Source of the DNA: Thermodesulfobacteriota bacterium
GTDB taxonomy: Bacteria; Desulfobacterota; Desulfarculia; JACQYL01
NCBI GenBank assembly: GCA_963675595.2
Contig: CAXXLZ010000002.1
Location: 480,001 to 544,000 of the forward strand
Direction: 5' to 3'
DNA: 64,000 nt
Position numbers and translations under genes: made by a program. Of this stretch, positions 8,415 to 18,787 are shown in pieces; the first letter of the stretch is position 1; each line of letters starts with the position of its first letter. Below the pieces are notes generated by a model that saw nothing but the letters and a program-made list of their open reading frames with translations, had not been told where the DNA came from and ran no database searches.

Positions 8415-10202
8415 TCAGGTGATCTCCTCCACCACGATGTTCTGCTCCTTTTCCGCGCGTGCGATCTGCTCATCCGTGATGGTGGACATTTCCGCTTTGA
8501 AACAGAGGCCCCACATCATGACGATGCCGACGATCCACCAAGCGATCTGCCAGGACCACACATGAGGGAACCCCGCGAAACTGAACGCGTTGTTCCCGAG
8601 GATACAAGCGGGACCGATGGCGAAGAAGTACCACGCGGGCACGATGAACTTCATGGCATTGCGCCATTTCTGACCCGCTTCACTGGGCTTTTCGATGCTG
8701 GCCAGCCACTCTCGGACCTCTCTCTGACGTTCGATGGTCTCGGGATTGTCCTTGAAGCCGAGTCCTTTGCAGAGATAGGCCACGATGAGGCCCACGCCCA
8801 CGCCCCAAGCCGCGGAGTGAATGGTGAGGGGATATTTGATGGCAGGGATTCCATACGTGACGTATACCGCCACCATGCCGGAGAGAATACCCAACACGGT
8901 GCCCATGGAAGGCCACTTCCACCCCCACAACACTCCGAGCAGGGGAATGTACATGACGAAGCCGAAGGCCGTGGCCAAGGCTCCCAGCATGACCAGGGCC
9001 GCCTTGGAGGTCATGCCCACGGCCAGGGCCGCAATGGTCAGGATGGTGGTGAACATGCGGTTGATCCAGATCTGCTCCGCATGACCGCCCTTCTTACCAC
9101 GCACGTACCGCCACCACACGTCCCGGAGGAGAATCGAGCCGCCGGTGCCGATGTAAGGCGCCGCCGTGGAGTGCATGGCGGCAATGGCCCCGATGAACAC
9201 GATCCCCAACATGAAGCCGGGTAGGTAGGTTTTCATCAAGAGCGGTACCACGTCGGAGTCCTTGGCCAGCGAGATCACCCCCTGGTCGGCCAGAATCCTG
9301 GCGGCCATGCCCTGGAACGCGGTGAAGAAGAACAGGGCGAAGCCCACCACAAAGGTGGACATAAAGGCCTGCTGCCAGGGAAAGGGCCTGGGATTCTTGT
9401 TGGCGAAGGCCCACAGGGTGAAGGCGGGAGAAGACTGAATTCCCATGAGAGCGAACATGTAGGTCAGGATCATGATGCCGGTCCAACGCGTCTTGCCGAC
9501 GGTGAAGTCGATGACCGAAGGCACCTCGAGATACTTGGCCTCCAGTCGGCCGACTTCCATGGACAGCTTGCTCCAGCCGCCGAAGTCGTAAAGCACGTAG
9601 GCCCCGAGGATGATGATGCCGCCCACGAGGAAGAGAAATTGCATCACCCCCACCCAGGTACTGGCGCGAAGACCTCCTGTGACCACGTAGAACCACACCA
9701 CAAAGGCCAGGAAGATGGCGCCGTAGGTGGCCGGCATACCGGTGACCCAGTGAAACAAGGCGCCGGATGCCATGAGCTGCACTGCGGAATAAAACATTCC
9801 ATAAAGAAAGGCCGTGATGACGACCAACCAACGTACGCCTTCGTTGTTGTAGTAATAGGCGTACATGTCGCCCGGCGTGATGAAGCCGTAGCGCTTGCCC
9901 ATAAGCCAAGTTCGCTTGGCAAAAAATGTTCCGGTAATGGGAATGGTGAGTACGTAGAATGACGCGAAGGCGTAAGCCAGACCGTCCCGCCAGATAAGAC
10001 CGGGATGGCCGATGAAGGTCCAGCCGCTGAAGGAAGCCGCGGTGGCCGCCATCAAAAAGGCGATCATGGGAATGGAACGTCCGCCGATGGTGTAGCCGGA
10101 GGACGTCTTTTCGGTGAAATACCCCTTAAGTCCCCAGTAGAAGCAGTAAATGATGTAAATACCGAGCATTATGTAAACCCAAGTACTTGTTCCTCCCTCC
10201 AT
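8415..10202 (-). CDS. Sodium:solute symporter family transporter (candidate acetate/monocarboxylate uptake)
   Basis: 595 aa polytopic; ATAASFSGWTFIGHPG, GGLRA, AAMHST motifs; AGGAGG RBS; divergent from acs. Substrate is inferred from context. Confidence 0.9.
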   Translation of the reverse strand: MEGGTSTWVYIMLGIYIIYCFYWGLKGYFTEKTSSGYTIGGRSIPMIAFLMAATAASFSGWTFIGHPGLIWRDGLAYAFASFYVLTIPITGTFFAKRTWLMGKRYGFITPGDMYAYYYNNEGVRWLVVITAFLYGMFYSAVQLMASGALFHWVTGMPATYGAIFLAFVVWFYVVTGGLRASTWVGVMQFLFLVGGIIILGAYVLYDFGGWSKLSMEVGRLEAKYLEVPSVIDFTVGKTRWTGIMILTYMFALMGIQSSPAFTLWAFANKNPRPFPWQQAFMSTFVVGFALFFFTAFQGMAARILADQGVISLAKDSDVVPLLMKTYLPGFMLGIVFIGAIAAMHSTAAPYIGTGGSILLRDVWWRYVRGKKGGHAEQIWINRMFTTILTIAALAVGMTSKAALVMLGALATAFGFVMYIPLLGVLWGWKWPSMGTVLGILSGMVAVYVTYGIPAIKYPLTIHSAAWGVGVGLIVAYLCKGLGFKDNPETIERQREVREWLASIEKPSEAGQKWRNAMKFIVPAWYFFAIGPACILGNNAFSFAGFPHVWSWQIAWWIVGIVMMWGLCFKAEMSTITDEQIARAEKEQNIVVEEIT

Positions 10203-10370
10203 TCCTTACCTCCTAACACGCGGTCCGGTTGCTTTGCGGAATGCCGCACATGTTTGTTGAATGACGTGGAACTCGGGTTTTCAGTCTGTCGCCGGTGTCG
10301 GAAATCCCTCCTTTCCCCTGAAAGGGGTACCCAATACGGGCCGCCGCCCGCCGGGAACGAGGTGCGGGAC

Positions 10371-10413
10371 AAAAAAATACCGGTTCCCGATTATACCGGT
10401 ACCGGTTCTTTTT
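10371..10413 (-). terminator. Imperfect hairpin plus T-run upstream of the SSS gene (possible attenuator)
   Basis: Minus strand ACCGGTACCGG-TATAAT-CGGGAACCGGT-ATTTTTTT; two mismatches in the stem. Confidence 0.4.
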
Positions 10414-11947
10414 CTTTGTTGGAACCCATCACTCATGAAGCGGATCACGTCCCAACCTCCCTTCCCTCGGGTTGCCCTCTTCGCCGTCCCGCCTGCCGGT
10501 CAATTGCCGGGAACAGGCAGTCGGCGCCTTCGGCCGATTCTTCCCTTGGAGCGTACACGGCATCGCAGGGTTACCCATTCATTGAACACTACGGCAAGAA
10601 CGGGTTGCTGATTGGGAAAATTTACAGAACAACACCACCGGTGACCATGCAACTTCATTAGGACTCACCGGGGCAGTCCCAAACCCTCTCAATCCCCCAC
10701 CCGACAAGCGCGGCCAAGTAAGGGACCTTGCGCCGGAGGCTCTGCAAAGGCTCCGGATTCTGCGAACCTAACCTTTTCCCTCTCACCTCCTTTCGCGCCC
10801 GGAAATGAACTACCACAGGAAACATCCTGAATATAGGCGGAAATTGTTATCCTTTCTCTCATAGTCCCCCGGCGACTGTCAAGAAGGAAAATTTCTTTCC
10901 CTGGAAGGATCACGCATGGAAGAGGCTAACTCACTGAGTTCCAACAGGAACCGACGGCGAAAGTCGAAACTTTTTGTGGCCATCCGGCGGAAATCGGACC
11001 AAGGCTTGGTTGCCACGCGAAGTTTTTTTAGTACCGGTCCGTGAACGTACGAAAGCCGTCGCTCCCTCAACACGCCCGACCGTTCTTAACTTGCTGATGC
11101 CACAATATATCGGACCGATTCGACCGTTCTTCCCGTACATGGCCGCAGCCTTTCAGAATTATGCTTTATTTTGCAGGAAAACTAGGGTAAGAGAAGAAGC
11201 TAGCCGTTACTTCCAATTCTCTACAGCGCGATGCGATGCCGGAATTGCGACTTCATCCCAATCTTTCGACGGACTCCATCCGGCGTGCGGCGATACGATT
11301 TCTCAACTAAGCCTATACGATAACAACGCCACTCAGGATTACGGATATCGAGATTACAGACGGGATGGAGAGGGGTACGTGATCCCCACACCCATTCGTC
11401 TGCATGTCGACACGGCGGATCGTTTTGTGTTCGCCGAACCCCAATGGAAAGGAGGGATGCCGTTCAGCGGTCTCCGACCGCTTCAGGCCGGTCGAGTTCA
11501 GGCCGACGTTTAGACGCCGACGGCGGGAGCTGTTCGAAACCCGCTTTGCCCGGCCCTCTCCGTCATGCCCTTAGAGCCTTCGATCGGTTCCGTTCGCCGG
11601 ACTTCTGCTCTGACGAAACCGGGAGGCTTGACTGTACGCATTAACCACCCTGTTTTCGAAGCAAAGAGCGATTTCCAACCGCTTAGTCGGTCATCCGGAA
11701 ACGTTGTTGTTCCCGGATAAGACCCTCTTAGGAGTACGCAACGGACCTATGTGCCGCTTCTTCACCCGCCACAACCATCCCCACGTCGGATGTAGAGAAG
11801 CCCCTCCGCAGGGCATCTCCTATCCAGGCTGTCTTTTTCTCCCCCACCCGACTTCAACCGTCGGACCAGGCCGTCTTTGCCGGACGATTCGGCGCAGTCG
11901 TATTCCGAGCAACTCCACCACCACCACAAGACAAGGAGGGTATTGTA

Positions 11948-13933
11948 ATGGCGGTTATTGAAAAGGATGGGAAGTTCTATCCCGACGAGCAGTTCGTCGC
12001 CCAAGCCCACGTCAAGAGCTTCCAGCAGTATCAGGAAATGTACAAGAGGTCCGTCGAAGACCCTGAGGGTTTCTGGATGGATGTGGCCAACGAGTTGTTC
12101 TGGTACAAGAAACCCGAAAAGGTCATGGAGTACAACTTCGATATCCGCAAAGGCAAGGTCTTTCACAAATGGTTCGAGGGCGGTGTCACCAACATGTGCT
12201 ACAATGCGATAGATCGGCACCTCGATACCCCCACCCGCAACCGTGCCGCCATCATCTGGCAAGGCGAACCCGACGAAGACACCAAAGTCTTGACGTATCA
12301 GACCCTCCATCGGGAAGTCTGTCGATTCGCCAACGTGCTCAAGAAGAAAGGCCTCAAACGCGGGGATCGTGTCAGCATCTATCTTCCCATGATCTGGCAG
12401 CTTCCCGTGGTCATGCTTTCCTGCGCCCGCCTGGGCCTCCCGCACAGCGTGGTTTTCGGCGGATTCTCCGCCGACGCCTTGGCCCATCGTGTGGAGGAGA
12501 GCGAATCCAAGCTCCTGATCACCACGGATCATTCCATCCGGGCCGGAAAACTGTTCAACCTGAAAGACAACGCCGATGAAGCCCTGAAGAGCTGCCCCAA
12601 ATGCGAATACGTCATTGTGGTGCAGAGGACCGGCAAGGACATCCCCTGGACCGAAGGTAGGGACTCCTGGTACCACGAGGAAATGGTCGCCGAAGACATC
12701 TCGGATGTCTGCGAGTGCGAGCAGATGGGCGCCGAAGACATGCTTTATCTGCTTTACACCAGCGGCAGCACGGGTAAGCCCAAAGGGCAGGTGCACACCA
12801 CGGGCGGATATCTGGTCTATACGTATCTGACCCAGAAGCTCGTCTTCGACCTGCAGCCGGAGAGCCTGTACTGGTGCATGGCGGACATCGGGTGGGTCAC
12901 GGGTCACAGCTACATCGTGTACGCGCCGCTGGTCAACGGCACCACCACTTTCATGTACGAAGGCACTCCCCTGTATCCCAAACCCGACCGTGCTTGGGAA
13001 CTGATTGAACGATACAAAATCAACATCTGCTACACCGCTCCCACGGCCATTCGGGCCCTGTCCCGCCAAGGCGAGGATTGGCCCCGAAACAGAGACATGT
13101 CCAGCCTCAGACTGCTGGGCACCGTGGGTGAGCCCATCAACCCCGAAGCCTGGCTCTGGTACCACGAAAACGTGGGTAAAGGAAACTGCCCCATCGTGGA
13201 TACCTGGTGGCAAACGGAAACCGGCGGTATCTGCATCACGCCGCTGCCCGGCGCTTGGCCCACCAAACCCGGCGCCGCCACCTTCCCCTTCTTCGGCATC
13301 ATTCCCAAGGTGACCGACCCCGGAGCGGAAGACGAGACCAAACGCGGTGAAGAAATGGCGGCCGGAAAAACGGGCCACCTCTGCATTGAAAAACCCTGGC
13401 CCGGATTGTCCCGTACCATCTACGGAGACCATGAGCGTTGGGAGCAGACCTACTTCGCCGATTATCCCGGCATGTATTTCACCGGCGACGGTTGCCTCAT
13501 GGACGAAGAGGGATATCACTTCCTCCAGGGCCGGGTGGACGACGTCATCAACATCTCCGGCCATCGCATCAGCACCGCGGAAGTGGAAAGCGCCCTGGTG
13601 CTCCATCCCTCCGTGGCGGAAGCCGCTGCTGCGGGCATGCCCCACGAAATCAAGGGGCAAGGCATTTACGTCTTTGTCACCCTCAAGATGGGCGTGGATG
13701 GAACCGATGAGCTGAAAAAAGAGCTCATCAACCATGTACGAAAAGAGATCGGCGCCATCGCCACTCCGGATAAGCTCCAGTTCGCCCCCGCCCTTCCCAA
13801 AACTCGAAGCGGCAAAATCATGCGTCGAATTCTGAGGAAAATCGCGGAGGACAAGACGGACGAACTGGGCGACGTTTCCACGCTGGAAGACTCCGAAGTG
13901 ATCACTCGCCTCGTGGCGGAGAGAATCGAATAA
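11948..13933 (+). CDS. acs: Acetyl-CoA synthetase (AMP-forming)
   Basis: 661 aa; YTSGSTGKPKG, DTWWQTETG, GRVDDVIN, acetylation motif PKTRSGKIMRR; AAGGAGG RBS. Confidence 0.96.
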   Translation: MAVIEKDGKFYPDEQFVAQAHVKSFQQYQEMYKRSVEDPEGFWMDVANELFWYKKPEKVMEYNFDIRKGKVFHKWFEGGVTNMCYNAIDRHLDTPTRNRAAIIWQGEPDEDTKVLTYQTLHREVCRFANVLKKKGLKRGDRVSIYLPMIWQLPVVMLSCARLGLPHSVVFGGFSADALAHRVEESESKLLITTDHSIRAGKLFNLKDNADEALKSCPKCEYVIVVQRTGKDIPWTEGRDSWYHEEMVAEDISDVCECEQMGAEDMLYLLYTSGSTGKPKGQVHTTGGYLVYTYLTQKLVFDLQPESLYWCMADIGWVTGHSYIVYAPLVNGTTTFMYEGTPLYPKPDRAWELIERYKINICYTAPTAIRALSRQGEDWPRNRDMSSLRLLGTVGEPINPEAWLWYHENVGKGNCPIVDTWWQTETGGICITPLPGAWPTKPGAATFPFFGIIPKVTDPGAEDETKRGEEMAAGKTGHLCIEKPWPGLSRTIYGDHERWEQTYFADYPGMYFTGDGCLMDEEGYHFLQGRVDDVINISGHRISTAEVESALVLHPSVAEAAAAGMPHEIKGQGIYVFVTLKMGVDGTDELKKELINHVRKEIGAIATPDKLQFAPALPKTRSGKIMRRILRKIAEDKTDELGDVSTLEDSEVITRLVAERIE

Positions 13934-13994
13934 ACGAACCGGATCCCAACTTCTTCGCGGCCCTCCTTCCTTGAAGGAGGACTGTCGGGAAAGC

Positions 13995-14040
13995 ATCGGA
14001 GGGGCCTTTTCGATGTGAGAAAAGGCCCCTCCGATTATTT
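13995..14040 (+). terminator. Rho-independent terminator after acs
   Basis: Perfect 17-bp stem ATCGGAGGGGCCTTTTC/GAAAAGGCCCCTCCGAT followed by TATTT. Confidence 0.75.
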
Positions 14041-14106
14041 GGGATGGCAACCATTCCGGACGGCTTGCGGGAGTCCGCCGGCAAGCGGCTTCCCCCCGGC
14101 CTCCAA

Positions 14107-14229
14107 CAGTGCCCCAAAAAAGTCGGATTGTTGCGGGCCGTTGAAAAACGATGAGATGCAAGGCGCCCAAATCCCGATCAACGAGGCGTACATGGAAGTA
14201 CGCCGCAGATTGCGTTTTTCCACGGGCTG
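14107..14229. repeat. Family A element, copy 2 (internally shortened)
   Basis: GGCCGTTGAAAAACGATGAGATGCAAGGCGCCCAAATCCCG...GCGTACATGGAAGTACGC...TTTTTCCACGGGCTG; abuts the cobO stop. Confidence 0.8.
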
Positions 14230-14766
14230 CTAAAACTCGATTCCCCTCTGCGCCTTGATCCCCTGTTTATGGTGATGTTTGACTTCCCGCATCTCGGTCA
14301 CCGTGTCCGCAGCGTCCATGATGGTCTGAGGCGCCCGCCTGCCGGTGAGTATCAAATTCACGGACGACGGCTTGTTTTTCAGCAGTTCCACCACTTCTTC
14401 CTCGCCGATGAAACCGTAATCCACGATGAGATGAATCTCATCCAGGACCACCAAGTCGTAATCCCCTGACATGACTTTGCTTCGAGCCGTTTCCCAGGCG
14501 GAGCGAGCCTGTTCCCTGTCCTTGTCGGAACTCTCGTGACGTTTCACCATGCCCAGGCCGAGCGGATGAATCTCCAGATTCGGCACGTGGCGAATCGATT
14601 CCAGTTCTCCATACTTCCAGGCTCCCTTGATGAACTGGATGATGATCACTCTGAGTCCCTGCCCCGCCGCGCGCAGCGCCGCCCCCAAAGCGGCCGTGGT
14701 TTTGCCTTTGCCGTTGCCCGTGTTCACCAGGATCAAACCCCGGTGTTCTTCCGATGTGGTTTTCAC
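14230..14766 (-). CDS. cobO: Cob(I)alamin adenosyltransferase, CobO/BtuR type
   Basis: 178 aa; TGNGKGKTTAA, QFIKG, LDE, LTGR, QRGIEF C-terminus. Confidence 0.93.
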   Translation of the reverse strand: MKTTSEEHRGLILVNTGNGKGKTTAALGAALRAAGQGLRVIIIQFIKGAWKYGELESIRHVPNLEIHPLGLGMVKRHESSDKDREQARSAWETARSKVMSGDYDLVVLDEIHLIVDYGFIGEEEVVELLKNKPSSVNLILTGRRAPQTIMDAADTVTEMREVKHHHKQGIKAQRGIEF

Positions 14767-14858
14767 TGAAGCCGGCCTCCGTTCGTTATTGATTCGTGGA
14801 AGTCATAAGCGTCAACACGGGAACAAGCGTCTGAACAAGACCCCGTGTCCGATGCGTT

Positions 14859-16862
14859 TTAGGATTGGTCCGTCACGTTCTCGGATTCGCGAAACCGGCG
14901 GTCCAAACGAGAAATTCGGTCCGGAGAGCCTAGAACATAGAGAAGGTCGCCGGATACCAGAGCGGTCTCCGCTCCGGGATTGGAGATGATCTCCGAGCCT
15001 CTGCGCACGGCCAACACGGTGACTTCGTGCTTTCTCCGAAGCTCCATCTCCCCCACGGTCCGCCCCTCGAATCTCGATTCGCCGGGCATGCGTAGGACGC
15101 CCACTTCCATATCCGGCAGGTCGACCTCCAACGGAAGCCGATCCGTCGTGTCCCCGGAGAGACTCCTCAACATTTCATAGCCTTCGGAACGGACCTCGCC
15201 TACCAGCTTCTCGATTTCGTCCCGAGGAACCAAATACCGAGACAACACCCTGGAAAAGATCTCCACTGAAGTTTCAAACTCCTCGGGAATGACCTCATCG
15301 GCCCCAAGCTTGCGGAGCGGCCCGATTTCTTCCAAGTAGCGGGTTCGCACAATCAGGTGGATTCTCGGATTGATCTGCTTGAAGGCATCGGTGATGCCTC
15401 GTGTGGCGGCGGGATCGTTGATGGCGACAACGGCAACGCGAGCCGCCTTCGCGCCGACGCAATCCAGAATGGCTTCCTGAGCCGCATCACCGTAGTGGAT
15501 CGGTTCTCCCTTTTCCTTTTGCCTGCGCACCGTTTCCGGGTTCATTTCCAGGATCACATAAGGGATACCGGCCAATTTGGCGGCCTTGGCCACGTTCCTA
15601 CCGTTGATTCCGAAACCTACGATGATCAGGTGATGCCTCATCCCCGAGTCCGCTTCTCCCGGAGGTGGAGCCCCGCCCTCCTTGAGCCGCGTGGGTAGAG
15701 GCAAACGCAGGCTGAAGTCCACGATTTTCGGCGACAAGGCGATGAACAAGGGAGCCGCGGCCATGCTGACGATGGAACAGGCCAGGAACATCTGCTGCTG
15801 CGCGGCGTCCAGAAGATGATGCTCCACGCCGGTATCGGCCAGGATAAAGGAAAACTCTCCGACCTGTCCAAGCGCCATGCCCGTCAGAATGGCCGTGCGC
15901 AACGGCATTCGCAAAATCAGGATGCCCCAGGACGCTCCCACCGCTTTGACGACCACGATTCCCAGCACGGCGGCGGGAACGACCAAGAAATGAGACACCA
16001 GGAAGCGCACGTCCAACAGCATCCCTATGGATACAAAGAAAAGGCTGGTGAACACATCCCGAAAGGGCAGTATGTTTCCTAAGGCTTGATGATTGTATTC
16101 GGACTCGGAGATGATCAGACCGGCAAGGAAGGCCCCCAAGGCCAGGGACAATCCCACGGCCTGGGTGAGCCAGGCCGCGGCCAGACAGATGACCACGATG
16201 GTCAGCAGGAACACTTCCCGGTTCCTCGTCTTCGCCACCTGATAAAGAATCAGAGGAACGACCCATTTGGTGGCCACAACGGCCGCCGCCACCAATCCCA
16301 CGCCTTTGGCGGCAATCAGCAGAAGGGAACCTTGGTCTCCGAATCCCCGCCCGGCGAGAACGGGCGTTACCAGCATCATGGGCACCACGATGATATCCTG
16401 GAAAATCAGAATTCCCAGCACCGCTCTTCCGTGGGGCGTGTCCACCTCCGCTCGTTCCTGAAGAATCTTCAGCACGATGGCGGTACTGCTGAGGGACACC
16501 AGGAATCCCCAGAACAACGCCTCCCTCGGTGAAAACCCCAAAAGATCGGCCACCCCGAAGACCGCCGCGATGGTCAGCATTACCTGGAGCGCGCCTCCCA
16601 CCAAAACCAGCTTCTTGATCTGGAGTAGATTCCTCAGGGAAAACTCCACCCCAATGGTGAAAAGAAGCAACACCACCCCGATCTCCGCCAACATCTCGAC
16701 TTCATGAACGGATCGAATCAGCGCCAAACCGTGGGGACCGGCGATGATCCCCGTAAACAGGAATCCCACGATCACCGGGACCTTGAATCGATGGGACAGA
16801 AAGATCACGGCGATGGACAAAGAAAACACCGTGACGATTTCAAACAGCAGCTTAATTTCCAT
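14859..16862 (-). CDS. CPA2-family (Kef-like) cation:proton antiporter with TrkA-N and TrkA-C domains
   Basis: LAEIGVVLLLFTIGVE, SSTAIV, QDI, LGAFLAG, IVGFGING, C-terminal RCK-C; start ATG 16862 (alternative GTG 16889). Confidence 0.92.
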   Translation of the reverse strand: MEIKLLFEIVTVFSLSIAVIFLSHRFKVPVIVGFLFTGIIAGPHGLALIRSVHEVEMLAEIGVVLLLFTIGVEFSLRNLLQIKKLVLVGGALQVMLTIAAVFGVADLLGFSPREALFWGFLVSLSSTAIVLKILQERAEVDTPHGRAVLGILIFQDIIVVPMMLVTPVLAGRGFGDQGSLLLIAAKGVGLVAAAVVATKWVVPLILYQVAKTRNREVFLLTIVVICLAAAWLTQAVGLSLALGAFLAGLIISESEYNHQALGNILPFRDVFTSLFFVSIGMLLDVRFLVSHFLVVPAAVLGIVVVKAVGASWGILILRMPLRTAILTGMALGQVGEFSFILADTGVEHHLLDAAQQQMFLACSIVSMAAAPLFIALSPKIVDFSLRLPLPTRLKEGGAPPPGEADSGMRHHLIIVGFGINGRNVAKAAKLAGIPYVILEMNPETVRRQKEKGEPIHYGDAAQEAILDCVGAKAARVAVVAINDPAATRGITDAFKQINPRIHLIVRTRYLEEIGPLRKLGADEVIPEEFETSVEIFSRVLSRYLVPRDEIEKLVGEVRSEGYEMLRSLSGDTTDRLPLEVDLPDMEVGVLRMPGESRFEGRTVGEMELRRKHEVTVLAVRRGSEIISNPGAETALVSGDLLYVLGSPDRISRLDRRFRESENVTDQS

Positions 16863-17118
16863 GAAAAGCTTACCGATCTCCCGAGACACTCAGGACCGTT
16901 TGTTCAGGCGAGGGCCACAGTGCGGGCTTTTTATCACGCGCGAAAATGCCCCCGCCGAGTTCTCCGGCCTCTATAGCATGTACGCCTTCACAACAAAATG
17001 TTTGAAGACTCTCGAAGGAGGTTTTTTCGAGGAAGGGCGGGGAAAGACAGGTAGGAAGCCGACCGGAGAGGTGGAGGAAAGCCCGTGTGACACGGACTTC
17101 CCTCTCACGATCTTTTGA

Positions 17119-17269
17119 CGGCCCGTTGAAAAAAACCGGTTGCAACAGGTTGGTGAAAAACGATGACATGCAAGGCGCGCAAATCCCGAGGAACGAGGCG
17201 TACACGGAAGTACGCAGCAGTCACGAGGGATGAAGCGCAACGCCGCAGGTCGCGTCTTTCAACGGCCTG
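17119..17269. repeat. Family A element, copy 3 (inverted relative to copy 1)
   Basis: Close reverse-complement match to 2220-2369; abuts the stop of the TPR gene. Confidence 0.85.
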
Positions 17270-18592
17270 TCAAGTGTGTTCTTCTTTGGAAGTCTTCTTT
17301 CTTTGAATAACCGTGGTCGCTGCCGTGACGCCGGATTTCGCCGGCGACACGCTCGGGCCCGTCTTTGCCTGAAGCCTTGCCTGCAGAGCCGCTTCCCTGG
17401 CGGCTTGGATGTCGAGCACCACCATCAGACCGCTCTCGGCCCAAGATTGATAGTCCTTAAAGGCCGTAGCTTCCGTAAAGGCTTTTCGCGCCAGTTCCCA
17501 GTTCTTCAGTTCCGTCGCGGAGAATCCCACCAGGAGGTAGGCCTTTCCCTGGTTGGGGTCCAACTCCAGACTGTGTTGCAGGCTCTCGACGGCCTTCTCG
17601 TAGTCCCGGTTCAGGTAATGGTACTTACCTTCGATAAAATGTCGCTCCGCGTTGGGCTGCACCTCCACGGCCGTCCGAATATGGTGCATGGCCTCCTCAT
17701 ATCGGAACGCGCGGGCGAGCAGCGAGGCGATCTTTTCATGCTCTTCCGCGGAAACGGCTCCCCGATGAGCTTTATTGAGGCTTTCCACAGCCCGCAGCGG
17801 GGCGTTGAGATAGCGGTACAGATCGGACAAGTCCTTCCAGTTGGTGAGTTCGGGTGGATCAAGACGGTAAGCCACTTCGAGCGCCGCAGCCGCTTCCTCG
17901 TAACTCTGCCGCCGAATCTTGATCTGGGCCAGGAGCTTCCAATAATCCGCTCTATCACGCACGTGGGGCATGAACTGAGAAAGCGATCCGTCGGCCTTTT
18001 CCCAGTCCTCCATTTGAACGTAGGTGTGGACCAACAGTTTCAGCCATTCGGCCTTTGGAGTCTCCTTCGTTTCCATCAGCATTGCAAGGGTGCTTTCGAC
18101 TTGCGTAAAGGCACGCCCGCTATAGTACGCGGAAGCCGCCTTATACAGTAAATCGGGTTCCTGAGCTTCCCCGGTCCGTTTCTGCAGTTCGTAGGCTTTG
18201 AGAAACGAGTTTCCCGAGTCGACGAAATCTTCCACATAGTAGCTCGAAACCGCAAAATTCAGGTGCAGGGAGACGTTCTCCGGGTGAAATCGAAGCCCCT
18301 CGGCATAGACGTTTCCGGCGCTCCGGTAATCTTCCAGCTGGTACCAAGCGTTGCCGAGCAGAAGGAATACCTCCACCGGAGGCGCTTCAGGCTTCTTCAG
18401 CAGGTATTTCTCCAACACTTTTACGGTGTCGTCGTATCTACCTTCCACAAAGGCCAATTGCGCCTTGTACAAGGCTTTGTGGGCATCCCTCGGAAGCGGG
18501 GACGGCGACGACGCCCCGACCGGGAGGCACCACAAAAAAAGGAAAGTAACCAACATCATGATTCGCAGGAATCCGTTTGCTCCGGGTTTCAT
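17270..18592 (-). CDS. Periplasmic TPR protein of the TonB2-like system (TtpD-like)
   Basis: Signal peptide, repeated TPR helices (LLLGNAWYQ, YWKLLAQ, AYLLVG); last gene of the TonB operon; start ATG 18592 preferred. Confidence 0.85.
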   Translation of the reverse strand: MKPGANGFLRIMMLVTFLFLWCLPVGASSPSPLPRDAHKALYKAQLAFVEGRYDDTVKVLEKYLLKKPEAPPVEVFLLLGNAWYQLEDYRSAGNVYAEGLRFHPENVSLHLNFAVSSYYVEDFVDSGNSFLKAYELQKRTGEAQEPDLLYKAASAYYSGRAFTQVESTLAMLMETKETPKAEWLKLLVHTYVQMEDWEKADGSLSQFMPHVRDRADYWKLLAQIKIRRQSYEEAAAALEVAYRLDPPELTNWKDLSDLYRYLNAPLRAVESLNKAHRGAVSAEEHEKIASLLARAFRYEEAMHHIRTAVEVQPNAERHFIEGKYHYLNRDYEKAVESLQHSLELDPNQGKAYLLVGFSATELKNWELARKAFTEATAFKDYQSWAESGLMVVLDIQAAREAALQARLQAKTGPSVSPAKSGVTAATTVIQRKKTSKEEHT

Positions 18593-18787
18593 AGGCTTAT
18601 CCACCTTTCCCTCTTTCTCGCGCCGGATGGAGCGACTTCCGCCCCATGCACGCATCCGGCGTTTCATCGTTTGCGGAACGGCCCGATTCGGCCCCGATCT
18701 TCCAAGCATCGCAATAACGAAACGCCTTTTGGGGCCATTTATGGGAATGGACCACCGTTAAGGCGTTGAGTTGAGCGGTATCTGCAG

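Noticed and set aside
10974-11513. 179-aa ORF with ADRFVFAEPQWKGGMP, faintly like a flavodoxin-2 motif
   Set aside because: Only one short motif, no RBS or credible start; a decayed gene cannot be excluded.
11762-14170. 802-aa minus-strand ORF, and similar long antisense ORFs (33845-35827, 37541-39235, 23195-24511, 25914-27323, 61861-63030)
   Set aside because: Shadow frames opposite well-supported genes, expected in GC-rich DNA; no recognisable motifs.
14767-17118. Cobalamin riboswitch upstream of cobO or the Kef gene
   Set aside because: No B12-box consensus seen in either intergenic stretch.
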